Positions 9,950 to 20,364 are shown, counted from the first letter of the stretch. The stretch is DNA of 64,000 nt from Nitrospirota bacterium (GCA_035623825.1 DASPSR010000048.1:1-64000); one strand, 5' to 3'. A program made the numbers and translations. Notes: generated by a model not told the origin, from the sequence alone.

Positions 9950-11299
9950 TCACATCACATGCTTCATCTTGATATCCATTCGGAATTTCACCTTGTTGTC
10001 CATTCCCATCCTCGTGTCAAGGACCACGACTTCAGAAAACAGGTCCGACTTCTGCAGTTCGGCTTTGATCTTGTCCACGGAATCGAACGAGCCCGCGTCA
10101 CCCTGAAGCTTCAGTCGGTCTCCTTCGAGGTTGAATTCCTGGAAACTCACTCGTACCTCTTTTGGAATACCGTCCGTCACCGTCCTCATCACGTCAAGGG
10201 CGGAGCCCTTCGTGCCAAGCACGCCGAATTTTTTCCTCGCCTCAGCGAGGCTGCTGCGCAACTGCCGCACCGGATCGGCCGTTGCCTTGGCGTCAGGGAA
10301 GGTCTGCCGGTAGATCTCCCGGATCTCGCGGTCCAGCCTCCCGTAGGCTGTCTGCACCGTGTAAATCTTCACGCCGAGGTTGACGGCTATGAGCATTATC
10401 GCTACGGCTCCGGCAATGACCAGTGTGCGTTTCCTCCGGCGCGTCCCCTCATCCGCCAGGTGATACGTAAATTCCCCTTTGCGGAAATTTATATCCTCGG
10501 ATAGTGCAAGCCCCAGGCTCACCGGATCAGCAGCCTTCCTGCCCCTGAGCTCCGGCGCGACCTGCTCGACGGCGATACCCATCTCCGTGAGCGCGGCCTG
10601 AACATCGCCGTCTGTGCACAGGAGGAGAGCCTTTTCCACCCGCTCCTTCTGCTCCGTCTCGATCGACAGAAGCGTATGCTGCAGCCCCCCCGTGACACCG
10701 GAGTCTGAGAAGCTCCGGATGCTTTTCACAGCCTCGCCGCGCATCACGCAGAGGTCTCTGCCGCAGACGAGGAGATTGCTGCCCACTGTCCGTATCATGC
10801 TCGATACAGCATACAGGCCGACGTAGGACGGGACGATGACCTGCGGGTCGATGCCGGCGGAGGCAAGCAACTCAAGATGACGTTTCAGCATATCTTTCGG
10901 GAGCATGATGCCGAGCACCGGCGTCTCCTGTTTCTGTTCGACGTCTTTCTCGGTCTCGTCCCTGCCCAGAACGACGTGGTCCATCACCACGTTGTCGATG
11001 GGGAAAGGAACGCTGTCTTCAACCTCGAAAGGTAGTGCCTTTTCCACGCGCTTGCGGTCCGCAAAGGGGAAGTGCACGATGCGCTGGCTGAAATGGCAGC
11101 CGGGGATGGAAGAGATGATCCTCGCACCAACCCAGTCGCGGGATCTTTCCTTAAGGATTTCGATCAGCTCCCCGTCCGTGGAGAACTGCTGACTGAAAGA
11201 ATCCAGCAGCTCGGCCTGGCGGAACGCCTTCTGCACAACTGCAGCAGCAACAAGTCTTTTTTCTATCCTGAGACCGACGACCTTCACAACTCTCTCCAA
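9950..11299 (-). CDS. gspL: Type II secretion system protein L
   Basis: Actin-like cytoplasmic domain (ALPFEVEDSVPF), INFRKGEF motif, TM helix, PilN-like periplasmic domain. Confidence 0.85.
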   Translation of the reverse strand: MERVVKVVGLRIEKRLVAAAVVQKAFRQAELLDSFSQQFSTDGELIEILKERSRDWVGARIISSIPGCHFSQRIVHFPFADRKRVEKALPFEVEDSVPFPIDNVVMDHVVLGRDETEKDVEQKQETPVLGIMLPKDMLKRHLELLASAGIDPQVIVPSYVGLYAVSSMIRTVGSNLLVCGRDLCVMRGEAVKSIRSFSDSGVTGGLQHTLLSIETEQKERVEKALLLCTDGDVQAALTEMGIAVEQVAPELRGRKAADPVSLGLALSEDINFRKGEFTYHLADEGTRRRKRTLVIAGAVAIMLIAVNLGVKIYTVQTAYGRLDREIREIYRQTFPDAKATADPVRQLRSSLAEARKKFGVLGTKGSALDVMRTVTDGIPKEVRVSFQEFNLEGDRLKLQGDAGSFDSVDKIKAELQKSDLFSEVVVLDTRMGMDNKVKFRMDIKMKHVM

Positions 11300-12126
11300 T
11301 ACAGAGGACTGCTCTTTGTCAGATCAATAATGGCCTCAACCTGCTTGGTATAGCCACCGACCGTGGCAGAGGCATAGACCTTGTAGATGTTGCTCGTCAC
11401 GTCCAGGTAACTCGCCACAAGAGGGTCCATCCCCGGCATATTGACAATGTCCGAGGTCGATGCGTACGGGGTGCTCTCTCTCCTGCTTATGATCAGGCCC
11501 GCAACGCTGTCGTCCTTGCCGAGACCCTTGCACAGGCTCTGGAGCACCTCGATCGGAGCAGTGTTGATATTGATTTTCCGCGTCGTCCCCTGCGTCTGAG
11601 TTACCGTCAAAAAATCCTTTACCTTATCATACTCTTCATCGCTCATGTACTGATGGAGTCCGGACAGCAGACCCACCTTGCTTATTGTACTTGCTGCATC
11701 TGTCATCCTGTCGAGAACGGCAAGGTCTACACTCCTGTTCTCGAAGAGTGCCTGCACTATGTTATACGTGACCTTGTTCGTTTTTACATCGGCGGCGTAA
11801 ATTTTGCCCAGTTCATCCACCCACCGGAGCCTCAGTTCGGTGTCTCCGCTGCTCACAATCGGCACAACGCTCCACTCGCCTTGGGGAATGGCGTCCCGCA
11901 GATCCTTGGACTTGGCAAATACATATATGCCCGAACGCGCCAGAAAGTAGGCTCGCTGACCGTCGCGGAAATTCACAGCAGCATGCAGGCTCACCCGCGT
12001 TCCGTACGCGAACTCGAAGATCAGCGCGACCAGGAGCGCCGTTACCAGAAGCACGAGCAGGAGCGCAACGCCGCGGTTACCGAAACCTCCATGGTTCTTC
12101 ATTTCAGGAACCCGCCAGCCTCTCAT
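11284..12126 (-). CDS. gspK: Type II secretion minor pseudopilin K
   Basis: RG-VALLLVL prepilin site and KININTAPIEVLQSL motif. Confidence 0.85.
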   Translation of the reverse strand: MRGWRVPEMKNHGGFGNRGVALLLVLLVTALLVALIFEFAYGTRVSLHAAVNFRDGQRAYFLARSGIYVFAKSKDLRDAIPQGEWSVVPIVSSGDTELRLRWVDELGKIYAADVKTNKVTYNIVQALFENRSVDLAVLDRMTDAASTISKVGLLSGLHQYMSDEEYDKVKDFLTVTQTQGTTRKININTAPIEVLQSLCKGLGKDDSVAGLIISRRESTPYASTSDIVNMPGMDPLVASYLDVTSNIYKVYASATVGGYTKQVEAIIDLTKSSPLYWREL

Positions 12127-12826
12127 GCAGTACCTGCGTTACGAATACGCTGCCGCTGTCAAGGGTGAGCGAAATCTCCACTGCCTGTGGCAGATTCGAT
12201 TGACTGCACCCGGCTTTCCTGTCCCATGTATCGACCCAGTTCGTGCCGTCGTAATACCGCAACTGTAACTCAGAGACCTTGTCAGTAATCTCGTATTCCA
12301 CACCGCCCTCAAGCGGGGGAACATCGCTGCTCAGTTCCCGTTTTTCCCTTCGGACCAGCATATAACCGCTGCCATCCGACTTCTCTTCAAAACTGTATCC
12401 TACTTCCCAAAGGTCCGTCTCTTTCGAGTCCGGTTTACGCCAGTTAGTAAGAGTTGTTAATGAGACGCTGTCGTGCCTGAACTTGCCGTCCCCCGTTTCC
12501 ACCTCCTCACCCTTGCCGTAGAAAAAGGTGCCGATCAAGCCCGTGCCGCAGTAGGCGTTGGCTATATCATCCGACATTCTCGACATGAGCGTGCGGGCCA
12601 GGTCTGTCTCGTCACGGACCGCCTCGGCGCGTTCAGCGTTTGCCGATGAGGTGGAGAAGACCGTATAAACCACCGTCACGACCACGGCAAGAATCGCTAT
12701 TGCCAGAAGAACTTCGATGAGGGTAAAACCCTCCGATTGGCGCTTTTGGCTTGCGGTCTCCGAATGTCGTTGAGGCTGCATTCCCCAATTGGCAAGCCAC
12801 ATGACGCAATGTTTGCTTCTACTCAT
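12104..12826 (-). CDS. gspJ: Type II secretion minor pseudopilin J
   Basis: EG-FTLIEVLLAI prepilin motif and LPQAVEISL C-terminal motif. Confidence 0.85.
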   Translation of the reverse strand: MSRSKHCVMWLANWGMQPQRHSETASQKRQSEGFTLIEVLLAIAILAVVVTVVYTVFSTSSANAERAEAVRDETDLARTLMSRMSDDIANAYCGTGLIGTFFYGKGEEVETGDGKFRHDSVSLTTLTNWRKPDSKETDLWEVGYSFEEKSDGSGYMLVRREKRELSSDVPPLEGGVEYEITDKVSELQLRYYDGTNWVDTWDRKAGCSQSNLPQAVEISLTLDSGSVFVTQVLHERLAGS

Positions 12827-13208
12827 AACTCAGGAGCTCCACCATCTCCTCCCGCTCGCCCTCCTTCCAGAGCACAGCAACGCGCACTTCGGCAAGGGAT
12901 TTGATGGCTGTTGGAGCAATGGTCAGTTTCCAGGTGTAATCCTTGAAATCGTCTTCCGGGAATTCCCCTTCATCCTCTTTCACAACGAGCGGAGTGGCCA
13001 GAAGTGTCTGGGTCATTAATCGCCTTGCCAGAAGCGTGGCCGTGGTGATCCTCTCGGACACTATTACATCCTCGACGCTCCTGTTGTACAATCCCTGCAG
13101 GGAGACGAAGACGAAGGCCAGAATGGCAACGGCTACCATCACTTCGAGGAGTGTGAATCCGCTGTCACTTCGCAGGACCCTAAACCCTCGACCCTGTCCT
13201 CTGGTCAT
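12819..13208 (-). CDS. gspI: Type II secretion minor pseudopilin I
   Basis: SG-FTLLEVMVAVAI motif; size and operon position. Confidence 0.85.
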   Translation of the reverse strand: MTRGQGRGFRVLRSDSGFTLLEVMVAVAILAFVFVSLQGLYNRSVEDVIVSERITTATLLARRLMTQTLLATPLVVKEDEGEFPEDDFKDYTWKLTIAPTAIKSLAEVRVAVLWKEGEREEMVELLSYE

Positions 13209-13741
13209 TTCTCCTCCACATCCCCTTCCCGCAGTTCGGTATCGCCCGTAAGCGGTCGGACGATAAGCGTAAATTGTTTCCCTTCACCATCGCGAAGATG
13301 GATAAATGTTTTTTCGACCCATCCGTCCGGCGTGAAGAGAATGAACGGATCGTCGGGATGGCTGACGGCGTGCACGTCACGAAACGTGGTCTGGCCCGAC
13401 AGGCTTCCCTCGGCTCCAATCGTGGTCTGCACGCGTTTGAACTCAGCGGCCTTTTCCGGTGATACCGTCAACGCCTCGACCCAGTAATGGCCGCCTTCGA
13501 CGTCGAATACAAGCCGGTAGACCTCTTTCCTCGCCTCTGCCTCATCCCGGAGGAAGCGTATCGAGCCCGTGAGGTGCCGTGCGCTCCGCTTCAGGTCTGC
13601 TTCGCCGATCTCACCCAACCGCGGCGCGATGAGCGCGATCATGATACCGAGCACCACGATCACGACGGCAAGCTCGATGAGGGTGAAGCCACGGTGATTT
13701 CGCCCTATGATGTGACCCGTGCCTCTGGCGCCGCGTTCCAT
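13205..13741 (-). CDS. gspH: Type II secretion minor pseudopilin H
   Basis: RG-FTLIELAVV and FTPDG motifs; follows gspG. Confidence 0.8.
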   Translation of the reverse strand: MERGARGTGHIIGRNHRGFTLIELAVVIVVLGIMIALIAPRLGEIGEADLKRSARHLTGSIRFLRDEAEARKEVYRLVFDVEGGHYWVEALTVSPEKAAEFKRVQTTIGAEGSLSGQTTFRDVHAVSHPDDPFILFTPDGWVEKTFIHLRDGEGKQFTLIVRPLTGDTELREGDVEEK

Positions 13742-13744
13742 TGC

Positions 13745-14197
13745 CTATTGTATTTTCCAGCTCTCGATGTCAGCATTGTTGCCTTCACCGCCGGGCTGTC
13801 CATCAGCACCGTACGAGACGATCTCGTATTCCCTGCCCTCGCCGCCGGGAGATACGTACATGTAATCATTGCCCCAGGGATCCTTGGGTATGCGAGCCGG
13901 CTTCAAGTAACCGCCCTCACGCCATTTGGTGGAGACACGTCCTGTTTCCGGCTTCTTGATCAACGCGTCCAGTCCCTGATCCGTTGAGGGATAATAGCCA
14001 TTATCGAGCTTAAACGCATCCAGTGCGCTCTCTAACGCCCGAATCTGGACCTTTGCCGCTTCGACCCTTGCCCTTTCTTCCTGCCCCAATATACGCGGCA
14101 GAACCAGTCCCGCGAGAAGACCGAGAATGATGACGACAACCATGATCTCGATAAGGGTAAATCCCTTTACTCGCTTGTCCGATATCTGACTCTTCAT
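13745..14197 (-). CDS. gspG: Type II secretion major pseudopilin G
   Basis: GFTLIEIMVV, YPSTDQGLDAL, PKDPWG, SYGADG. Confidence 0.95.
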   Translation of the reverse strand: MKSQISDKRVKGFTLIEIMVVVIILGLLAGLVLPRILGQEERARVEAAKVQIRALESALDAFKLDNGYYPSTDQGLDALIKKPETGRVSTKWREGGYLKPARIPKDPWGNDYMYVSPGGEGREYEIVSYGADGQPGGEGNNADIESWKIQ

Positions 14198-14274
14198 AAT
14201 CTATCTCCTTCTGCTCTTTCCTGCTTGAATCGAACGTGAACGGTACGCCATGGAATGCTGATCCCATCCCTCCT

Positions 14275-15492
14275 TCAACTCAAGCCTGAACTCATCTCGA
14301 GTATCGGCAGGAGAATGGCGACTACGATAAAGCCGATGATAAGGCCCATCACAAGGATGATCACCGGCTCCATAAGCGACATGAGCGCCGTAATGCGCGT
14401 TTCAACTGAGCGGTCAAAGGTGTCGGATATTTTGAGCAGCATCTTCTCGAGCTCGCCGCTCCGTTCTCCCACAGCCACCATCTGCACTACCACCGGCGGG
14501 AACAGGCCGCTCCTGCGGAGCGGGTCGGCAATGGATTCACCCTCGCGCACGTTCTCCCGCGCCCTCTGCACCGCATTCGCAAGCACCGTGTTCCCGACAA
14601 TGCTCTTCACGATATCGAGCGCCGTGAGTGTCGGGACACCGCTTTCAAGGAGCGTCCCCAGTGTCCTCGTGAACCTCGCCACGGCGATCATCCTGATGAG
14701 CGTCCCGAACACGGGCAGACGTAAAAGTCGTGCGTCGAGGATCTCCTTACCCGCGGGCGTTGCGAAGTAACGTTTGAGGTAGTACGCTGTGCCTCCCAGT
14801 ACCAGCAGGATCAGCCACCAGAACGACGAAAGGAACTTCACCACCCATAGGAGCACAAGGGTTATGAGCGGGAGCTGCTGCTTCATGTCCTCGAACATGC
14901 CGACAACACGGGGCATCACGAAGGTAAACAGAAAGAAGAGTACGCCGACGCCGATTACGGTCATGAGCGCAGGATAAGCGAGTGCGGCCGCGAACCTGCC
15001 GCGGAACCGCACCTGCTCGTCCAGAAAGTCCGAAAGACGGTTGAGTGTGATCTCGAGCGTGCCGCTTACCTCGCCGGCTGATACCATATTGATGTAGAGC
15101 TCTGAAAAGACCTTCGGGTTCGCTTTCAGCGCATCAGCAAGCGACGATCCTTCACGCACAGCATCGCGCACGGACGAGAGCGTGGCTTGCAGTCTTGCAT
15201 TTTCCTCCTGTTCCACGAGCACGGTGAGCGCATCCATAAGTGGCAGTCCGGATGAAATGAGCGTTGCGAGCTGGCGCGTCGCGTTTGCGAGATCTCCCAG
15301 CCGCACCCTGCCCGCGCCGAATTTGAACTCCCGCGACATCCCGGCACGGACCGCTCCGCCCTCGTGTATATCGAGGATCACGATTCCGTCTTTTTTGAGC
15401 TTTGCCCGGACCGACTTCAGGCTCTCCCCATCCTGCATGCCGGAGACTTTCTTGCCGCGGGCAGTGATGCCTTTGTATTCGTAGACAGGCAT
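14275..15492 (-). CDS. gspF: Type II secretion inner-membrane platform protein F
   Basis: TRQLATLISSGLPL, AGEVSGTL, VGERSGEL, EP motifs. Confidence 0.95.
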   Translation of the reverse strand: MPVYEYKGITARGKKVSGMQDGESLKSVRAKLKKDGIVILDIHEGGAVRAGMSREFKFGAGRVRLGDLANATRQLATLISSGLPLMDALTVLVEQEENARLQATLSSVRDAVREGSSLADALKANPKVFSELYINMVSAGEVSGTLEITLNRLSDFLDEQVRFRGRFAAALAYPALMTVIGVGVLFFLFTFVMPRVVGMFEDMKQQLPLITLVLLWVVKFLSSFWWLILLVLGGTAYYLKRYFATPAGKEILDARLLRLPVFGTLIRMIAVARFTRTLGTLLESGVPTLTALDIVKSIVGNTVLANAVQRARENVREGESIADPLRRSGLFPPVVVQMVAVGERSGELEKMLLKISDTFDRSVETRITALMSLMEPVIILVMGLIIGFIVVAILLPILEMSSGLS

Positions 15493-15562
15493 AGTGTAAT
15501 GTGGATCCCGAATCCCAAACTACAGGGTAGAGAAAGAACGGCAAAAAGGCTGGTGCTTCTTC

Positions 15563-17248
15563 TTACACTTCCTTCTGCGTCACGCGCACGACCTCGTCTG
15601 CGGATGTAATGCCCTGAAGCATCTTGCCCGCGCCGTCCTGACGGAGCGTACGCATGCCCTTCTCCATTGCCGCTGCCTTGATCGTCGTCGCGTCAGTGTT
15701 CTTCATGATGAGCTGCCGTATCTCATCGTCCACCAAGAGCAGTTCGTAGATCGCCGTACGGCCGAGGTACCCGGTGTGGAAACATGCATCGCATCCCTTC
15801 GCGCGGTACACCGTCGCCCCCTCGGCCTCCGTCTTTATCTCAAGCTCCGCTACCTCTGAGGGTGTGATCTGATACGGTTCACGACACTGCGTGCAGAGCA
15901 CACGCACAAGCCGTTGTGCAAGGATGGCCATGACCGACGAGGAGATCAGGAACGGTTCGATCTTCATATCCAAAAGTCTGGTCACGGCGCCGGCAGAGTC
16001 GTTCGTGTGGAGCGTGGAGAAGACAAGATGGCCGGTGAGCGCCGCCTGGATCGCGATCTCGGCTGTCTCGGAGTCCCTGATCTCGCCAACGAGGATCACG
16101 TCCGGGTCCTGTCGGAGCACGGACCGGAGTCCGGCGGCGAAGGTCAGTTGGATCTTGGGATTCACCTGTATCTGGCCGATTCCTTTGAGCTGGTACTCGA
16201 TGGGATCCTCGATGGTTATGATGTTCTTGTCGGGCGAATTGATCTTTGACAGCGCCCCGTAGAGCGTCGTGGTCTTGCCGCTGCCAGTGGGACCGGTCAC
16301 GAGGATGATCCCATGCGGCCGGGAGATGAGCTCATTGAACCGGTCGAGTTTATCGCCGGAGAACCCGATCTGGTCGAGCGGCAACAGGGCGCTCTCGCGG
16401 TAAAGGAGCCGGAGGACGATGCGCTCGCCGAAGGCCGTGGGTACGATCGAGACGCGGATGTCCACGTCTTTGCCTCCGATCTTGATCCGAATACCTCCAT
16501 CCTGAGGGAGCCGTTTCTCAGCGATGTTCAGCCCGGACATGATCTTGACGCGTGACGCTATGCTCGCCTGGAACCTTTTCTGGATCGTCAGGATGTTGTA
16601 AAGGATGCCGTCGATGCGGAACCGAGCAACGACCTCCTTCTCGAAGGGCTCGATGTGGATATCGCTCGCGCGCTCGCGAATGGCCTGCGACAGGAGCGAG
16701 TTCACGAGCCGGATGATGGGCGCGTCGTCCGTGGCTTCAAGAAGGTCCGTCGGTTCCTCAAGCTCGGCGGCGAGGAACGAGAGGTCGTCGTCCTCCATCT
16801 CCTGTACCGTATCCTCTGCCTTGTTCAGGCCTTCGCTATGAAGGCGATTCACCGTATCGAGGATCAAGTCCGATGGAGCGAGGGAGAGAGAGATAGCTGC
16901 GCCAAAGAGAATCCCGAGGTCGTCAACCGTCGAGAGCGCGAGCGGCTCGGCCGTCACAGCGATGATCGTCCCGTTCTCCCGCCGGAGCGGGAGGACAACA
17001 GCCTTTTTTGCGTAGGTGAGAGGAAGCTTAAGTGCGACGTCGCGGTCTATCTCGCCGATGTGCGGGAGGAAGGGCAGGCCGAGCTGCAAGCCGAGCGCTT
17101 TGAGCACGTCGGCCTCGGTTACAAAATTCAGCCGGACGAGGAGCGTGCCGATCCTGCCGCCCCGTTTCTTCTGGAGATCGAGCGCCTTCTTGAGCCGCTC
17201 GGCGGAAAGCCCTGATTCAACGAGTATTTCGCCGAGCAGGCGTCTCAC
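15563..17248 (-). CDS. gspE: Type II secretion ATPase E with N-terminal MshEN domain
   Basis: ASDIHIEP, GPTGSGKTT, RQDPDVILVGEIRD, zinc motif. True start is GTG 17248, overlapping the gspD stop (GTGA). Confidence 0.95.
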   Translation of the reverse strand: MRRLLGEILVESGLSAERLKKALDLQKKRGGRIGTLLVRLNFVTEADVLKALGLQLGLPFLPHIGEIDRDVALKLPLTYAKKAVVLPLRRENGTIIAVTAEPLALSTVDDLGILFGAAISLSLAPSDLILDTVNRLHSEGLNKAEDTVQEMEDDDLSFLAAELEEPTDLLEATDDAPIIRLVNSLLSQAIRERASDIHIEPFEKEVVARFRIDGILYNILTIQKRFQASIASRVKIMSGLNIAEKRLPQDGGIRIKIGGKDVDIRVSIVPTAFGERIVLRLLYRESALLPLDQIGFSGDKLDRFNELISRPHGIILVTGPTGSGKTTTLYGALSKINSPDKNIITIEDPIEYQLKGIGQIQVNPKIQLTFAAGLRSVLRQDPDVILVGEIRDSETAEIAIQAALTGHLVFSTLHTNDSAGAVTRLLDMKIEPFLISSSVMAILAQRLVRVLCTQCREPYQITPSEVAELEIKTEAEGATVYRAKGCDACFHTGYLGRTAIYELLLVDDEIRQLIMKNTDATTIKAAAMEKGMRTLRQDGAGKMLQGITSADEVVRVTQKEV

Positions 17249-19221
17249 CGCACATCCTCCGCCGGGGCGGTCTGTGCCGTGCCGGTGGGCGCAGACTGTA
17301 CAGGCGCTATGACTCCTGTTTTCTCCCCGGCGCCGGTTTCTTGGGCAGGTTTGGCCTGAGACTCGGCTGGTCCTGTCGGAGCGGGCCCCGGTTTCTTTGA
17401 TTCGATGAGACCGCCCATGTCCTTCTTTTCTATGTCGTACTTCTGCCGGAACTCCTCGATGGCATCTCCCTTTTTTCGCGTGATATCTAGAGCATCCAAT
17501 TCGCTTTTGATGATGTACGGTGTGATGAAGATCATGAGGTTGACCTTTTCGACCTTGCTGGACTTGTACTTGAATAGCCAACCGAGGACCGGGATGTCGC
17601 CGAGGAGCGGAACCTTATTGGTGGTAGACGTCACATTATCCCGGATGAGTCCGCCGATTACGACTGTCTGTCTATCCTTGACCACGACCGTCGTGCTTGC
17701 CGACCGCTTGGTTATGCTAGGTCCTACAATGTTCGGGTTCAGCCCGGGGGTCGTGGTGAGATCCGATATCTCCTGGTAGATATCAAGACGCACGGTGTCA
17801 TCGGAGGAGATCTGCGGGGTAAGCTTCAGGGTGATTCCCACATCCTTGCGGTCGATCTGCGAGATGACCTGGCCTCCCGTCGCGGCGGTCTGGCTCTGGC
17901 TGAGAACGAACGGGATGTTCTCGCCGACCATGATCTCTGCCTTCTGGTTGTCCGTCGTCAGAATATTAGGGGTGGAAAGCACGTTCACATCCGCATTGGA
18001 CTGAAGTGCGGTCAGGAGCGCGCCGATATTCAGGTACGTGACTCCGTTCCATGTAAAAGTTCCCTTGACGGCGCCTACGGCAAGTCCGTTGGGGAGCGAC
18101 GCCAGGCCTGCAGGCCCAGTCGCCGCGGTTCCGATGTTGCCAAAATTCGTACCACCGATAACGTTATACTGGTTGCTAGTCTGAACGTTATTGAAATTGG
18201 CGGCCTGAAACTCGAACCCGAGCTGACGCTGCACGGTCATCCCCATCTCGAGGATCGCAGCCTCCACGTAGACCTGCCTCCGCCTGATATCGAGCTTCTG
18301 GATGACATCCTTGACGGTCTCGTAATCGCCGGGCGACGCGACGATGATGAGAGAATTTGTTGCCTTGTCCGCGGTGATGGTGACCGTCCCTTCGAGGATG
18401 GTCGCCGGGCCTGCCGGCTGGGCGCCCGAGGGGGCTGGACCCGGCAGTCTGGCGACGAGTGCCGATATCACCTTGGCGAAATCCTCGGCGTTCGCGTTCT
18501 TGAGGTAGTAGACATTGATCTTCCCCTTGCCTTCAGGCGCCGGGACGTCGAGCAACCGCAGCAGAGATTCGATTTTTTTGATATTGCTCACCGAGTCGGT
18601 GATGATGACGGAATTTGTGGCCGGATATGCGATGACGTTGCCGTCCTTGCTGACGAGGGGAGTTAGCGTGCGCACGACGTCATTGGGGCTCATATGCGAC
18701 AGGCGGATGAGTTTGGTCACAAACCCCTCGCCCCTGAAATCATCATCCCTGAACACCTTAAGCCCGCTCTGCCGCGCACTCGCGGTGGGAATGATTCGGA
18801 TGATCTTGCCGTCCTCCACTGCGGTGAAGCCCTTGATCTCCAGTGCGGACAGGAACACCTGGTACGCTTCGTCCGGCGATATACGCGTGGGGGTCATGAG
18901 TGTCACCTTTCCGGTCACACGCTCGTCGAGGATGAAGTTCTTGCGCAACAGCTCGCTCATCACCTTGACGAGGGCGGTGATGTCGATGTTCGTGAAGTTC
19001 AGGGTCACATAATCTCCCCCGGATCTTATCTTCTGAACATCAATCGGCGGTTCGGAAGGTGAAGGCGGAGCCGTAGAAGGCAAAGGTGGAGCGGCAGGTG
19101 GCAATGGCGGGGCGGCAGGTGGCAATGGCGGGGCGGCAGGAGGAAGCGGGGGCTTCTCCTGGGCTATCGCAACACTGACAAGAACAAGCCCTGCAATAAG
19201 CAGGGCCGCCATTTTATGCAC
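17245..19221 (-). CDS. gspD: Type II secretion secretin D
   Basis: VTLNF N0 domain, N domains, secretin motif KVPLLGDIPVLGWLF. Confidence 0.95.
   Translation of the reverse strand: MHKMAALLIAGLVLVSVAIAQEKPPLPPAAPPLPPAAPPLPPAAPPLPSTAPPSPSEPPIDVQKIRSGGDYVTLNFTNIDITALVKVMSELLRKNFILDERVTGKVTLMTPTRISPDEAYQVFLSALEIKGFTAVEDGKIIRIIPTASARQSGLKVFRDDDFRGEGFVTKLIRLSHMSPNDVVRTLTPLVSKDGNVIAYPATNSVIITDSVSNIKKIESLLRLLDVPAPEGKGKINVYYLKNANAEDFAKVISALVARLPGPAPSGAQPAGPATILEGTVTITADKATNSLIIVASPGDYETVKDVIQKLDIRRRQVYVEAAILEMGMTVQRQLGFEFQAANFNNVQTSNQYNVIGGTNFGNIGTAATGPAGLASLPNGLAVGAVKGTFTWNGVTYLNIGALLTALQSNADVNVLSTPNILTTDNQKAEIMVGENIPFVLSQSQTAATGGQVISQIDRKDVGITLKLTPQISSDDTVRLDIYQEISDLTTTPGLNPNIVGPSITKRSASTTVVVKDRQTVVIGGLIRDNVTSTTNKVPLLGDIPVLGWLFKYKSSKVEKVNLMIFITPYIIKSELDALDITRKKGDAIEEFRQKYDIEKKDMGGLIESKKPGPAPTGPAESQAKPAQETGAGEKTGVIAPVQSAPTGTAQTAPAEDVR
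19069..19152 (-). repeat. 21-bp coding tandem repeat (PPLPPAA x3, then PPLPSTA) in the GspD N-terminus
   Basis: Near-identical 21-nt units (ggcggggcggcaggtggcaat on the + strand). Confidence 0.85.
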
Positions 19222-19365
19222 TCTGAGCCTCCAGATTATGAATCACCAAAATTCAAATGACAAACAGACTGCGACGAAAAACTGCATGAAACCTTCGTTC
19301 AGGATTTGACTGCTATTTTGCATTTTGGTTATTGATTGTCCGTAGCGCTTGCCTTCGAGGTCCAA

Positions 19366-20214
19366 TCACCGTATCTCATAGTTCAAGCTCTGCCGCTGGC
19401 CGCCCCGGATGAGGTCGATGGTGATGTTCCGCTCCTCTTTCAGGCTCTGGTACATCTGGAAGAACTTGGCTGGGTCATCCACGTCCTGTGAGTTGATCTT
19501 TTGGATTACGTCTCCGTTCTGGAGCCCAATCTGTTCGTAGAGACTGCCAGGCACGATCTCGCTGATGCGGAAGCCGATGGTTTTTCCTTGCTCCATATAA
19601 GGAAGCGCTCGCGCTTGGGTCAAAAGTTGATTGATGTTCTCGGTGCTTGCCGTCACCTCCCGCTGGTCGACCGCAAATTTGCCTTCGGCAAGCTTCCTTA
19701 CGCCGGCTGCGTTCACAGCCGGTCTCGCTACGTTGACGATCTTCGTGTCATCGACAACTTGAATCTCGGTCGTGCTGCCGTCCGCCCTTTTGAGGGTTAC
19801 CTTGTCCCGCTGGACCTTGACAATCTGGGACCCATCGGGCAACTTCTGGTCGATGCGGTAGAATGCCTGCCCGCTCGCATCCTCGAGCACCGCTCCCGAG
19901 AAAATGTCTCCTTCGATAGTGCCAATCAGGCGATAGACGGACACAGGTGCCGGACTGCCTGACTGCCCACTGCTGGACGGCTTCTTGCCCTCGCCGAACA
20001 GTCCGCGTTCAAGAATAGACGAATAATCGCTCAGCTCACGCCGCGGCTCAACGGTGACCCGGTCTCGCTCAATCGGCATGGTAAAGCGGGGAGCCGCGTC
20101 CAGGCTGCGCCCTATCATCGCATCCACCGTGTCGGCGAGGAAATACGCAGAAACAGTCAGAAGACCGACGAGGGCCAGGGTATATAACGTCTTATTTTCT
20201 TTCATGTTATGCAT
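19366..20214 (-). CDS. gspC: Type II secretion protein C with PDZ domain
   Basis: TM helix, HR domain (RLIGTIEG), PDZ (GFRISEIVPGSLYEQIGLQNGDVI). Start moved to ATG 20214 because the listed TTG 20274 is the -35 box. Confidence 0.9.
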   Translation of the reverse strand: MHNMKENKTLYTLALVGLLTVSAYFLADTVDAMIGRSLDAAPRFTMPIERDRVTVEPRRELSDYSSILERGLFGEGKKPSSSGQSGSPAPVSVYRLIGTIEGDIFSGAVLEDASGQAFYRIDQKLPDGSQIVKVQRDKVTLKRADGSTTEIQVVDDTKIVNVARPAVNAAGVRKLAEGKFAVDQREVTASTENINQLLTQARALPYMEQGKTIGFRISEIVPGSLYEQIGLQNGDVIQKINSQDVDDPAKFFQMYQSLKEERNITIDLIRGGQRQSLNYEIR

Positions 20215-20245
20215 CGAATTTCCTGCTCGTCCCCTTGTGTGAAAA

Positions 20246-20274
20246 ATTATACTCTTAACGATTTCAGTTGTCAA
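20246..20274 (-). promoter_or_regulatory. Consensus sigma70 promoter of the gsp operon
   Basis: Perfect TTGACA-17 bp-TATAAT on the minus strand. Confidence 0.85.
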
Positions 20275-20364
20275 TTGTCAACTGCATGACATCAAAACGA
20301 TTTTTAAACTATCATGACGTCAAAAAGTCGAGAACGAGAGGGCCGCAATCGTTTATGCGCGCGC

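Noticed and set aside
17249-17581. 111-aa N-terminal extension of GspE in the ORF track
   Set aside because: It overlaps gspD in another frame. The real start is GTG 17248, with a GGAGG RBS and a stop/start overlap.
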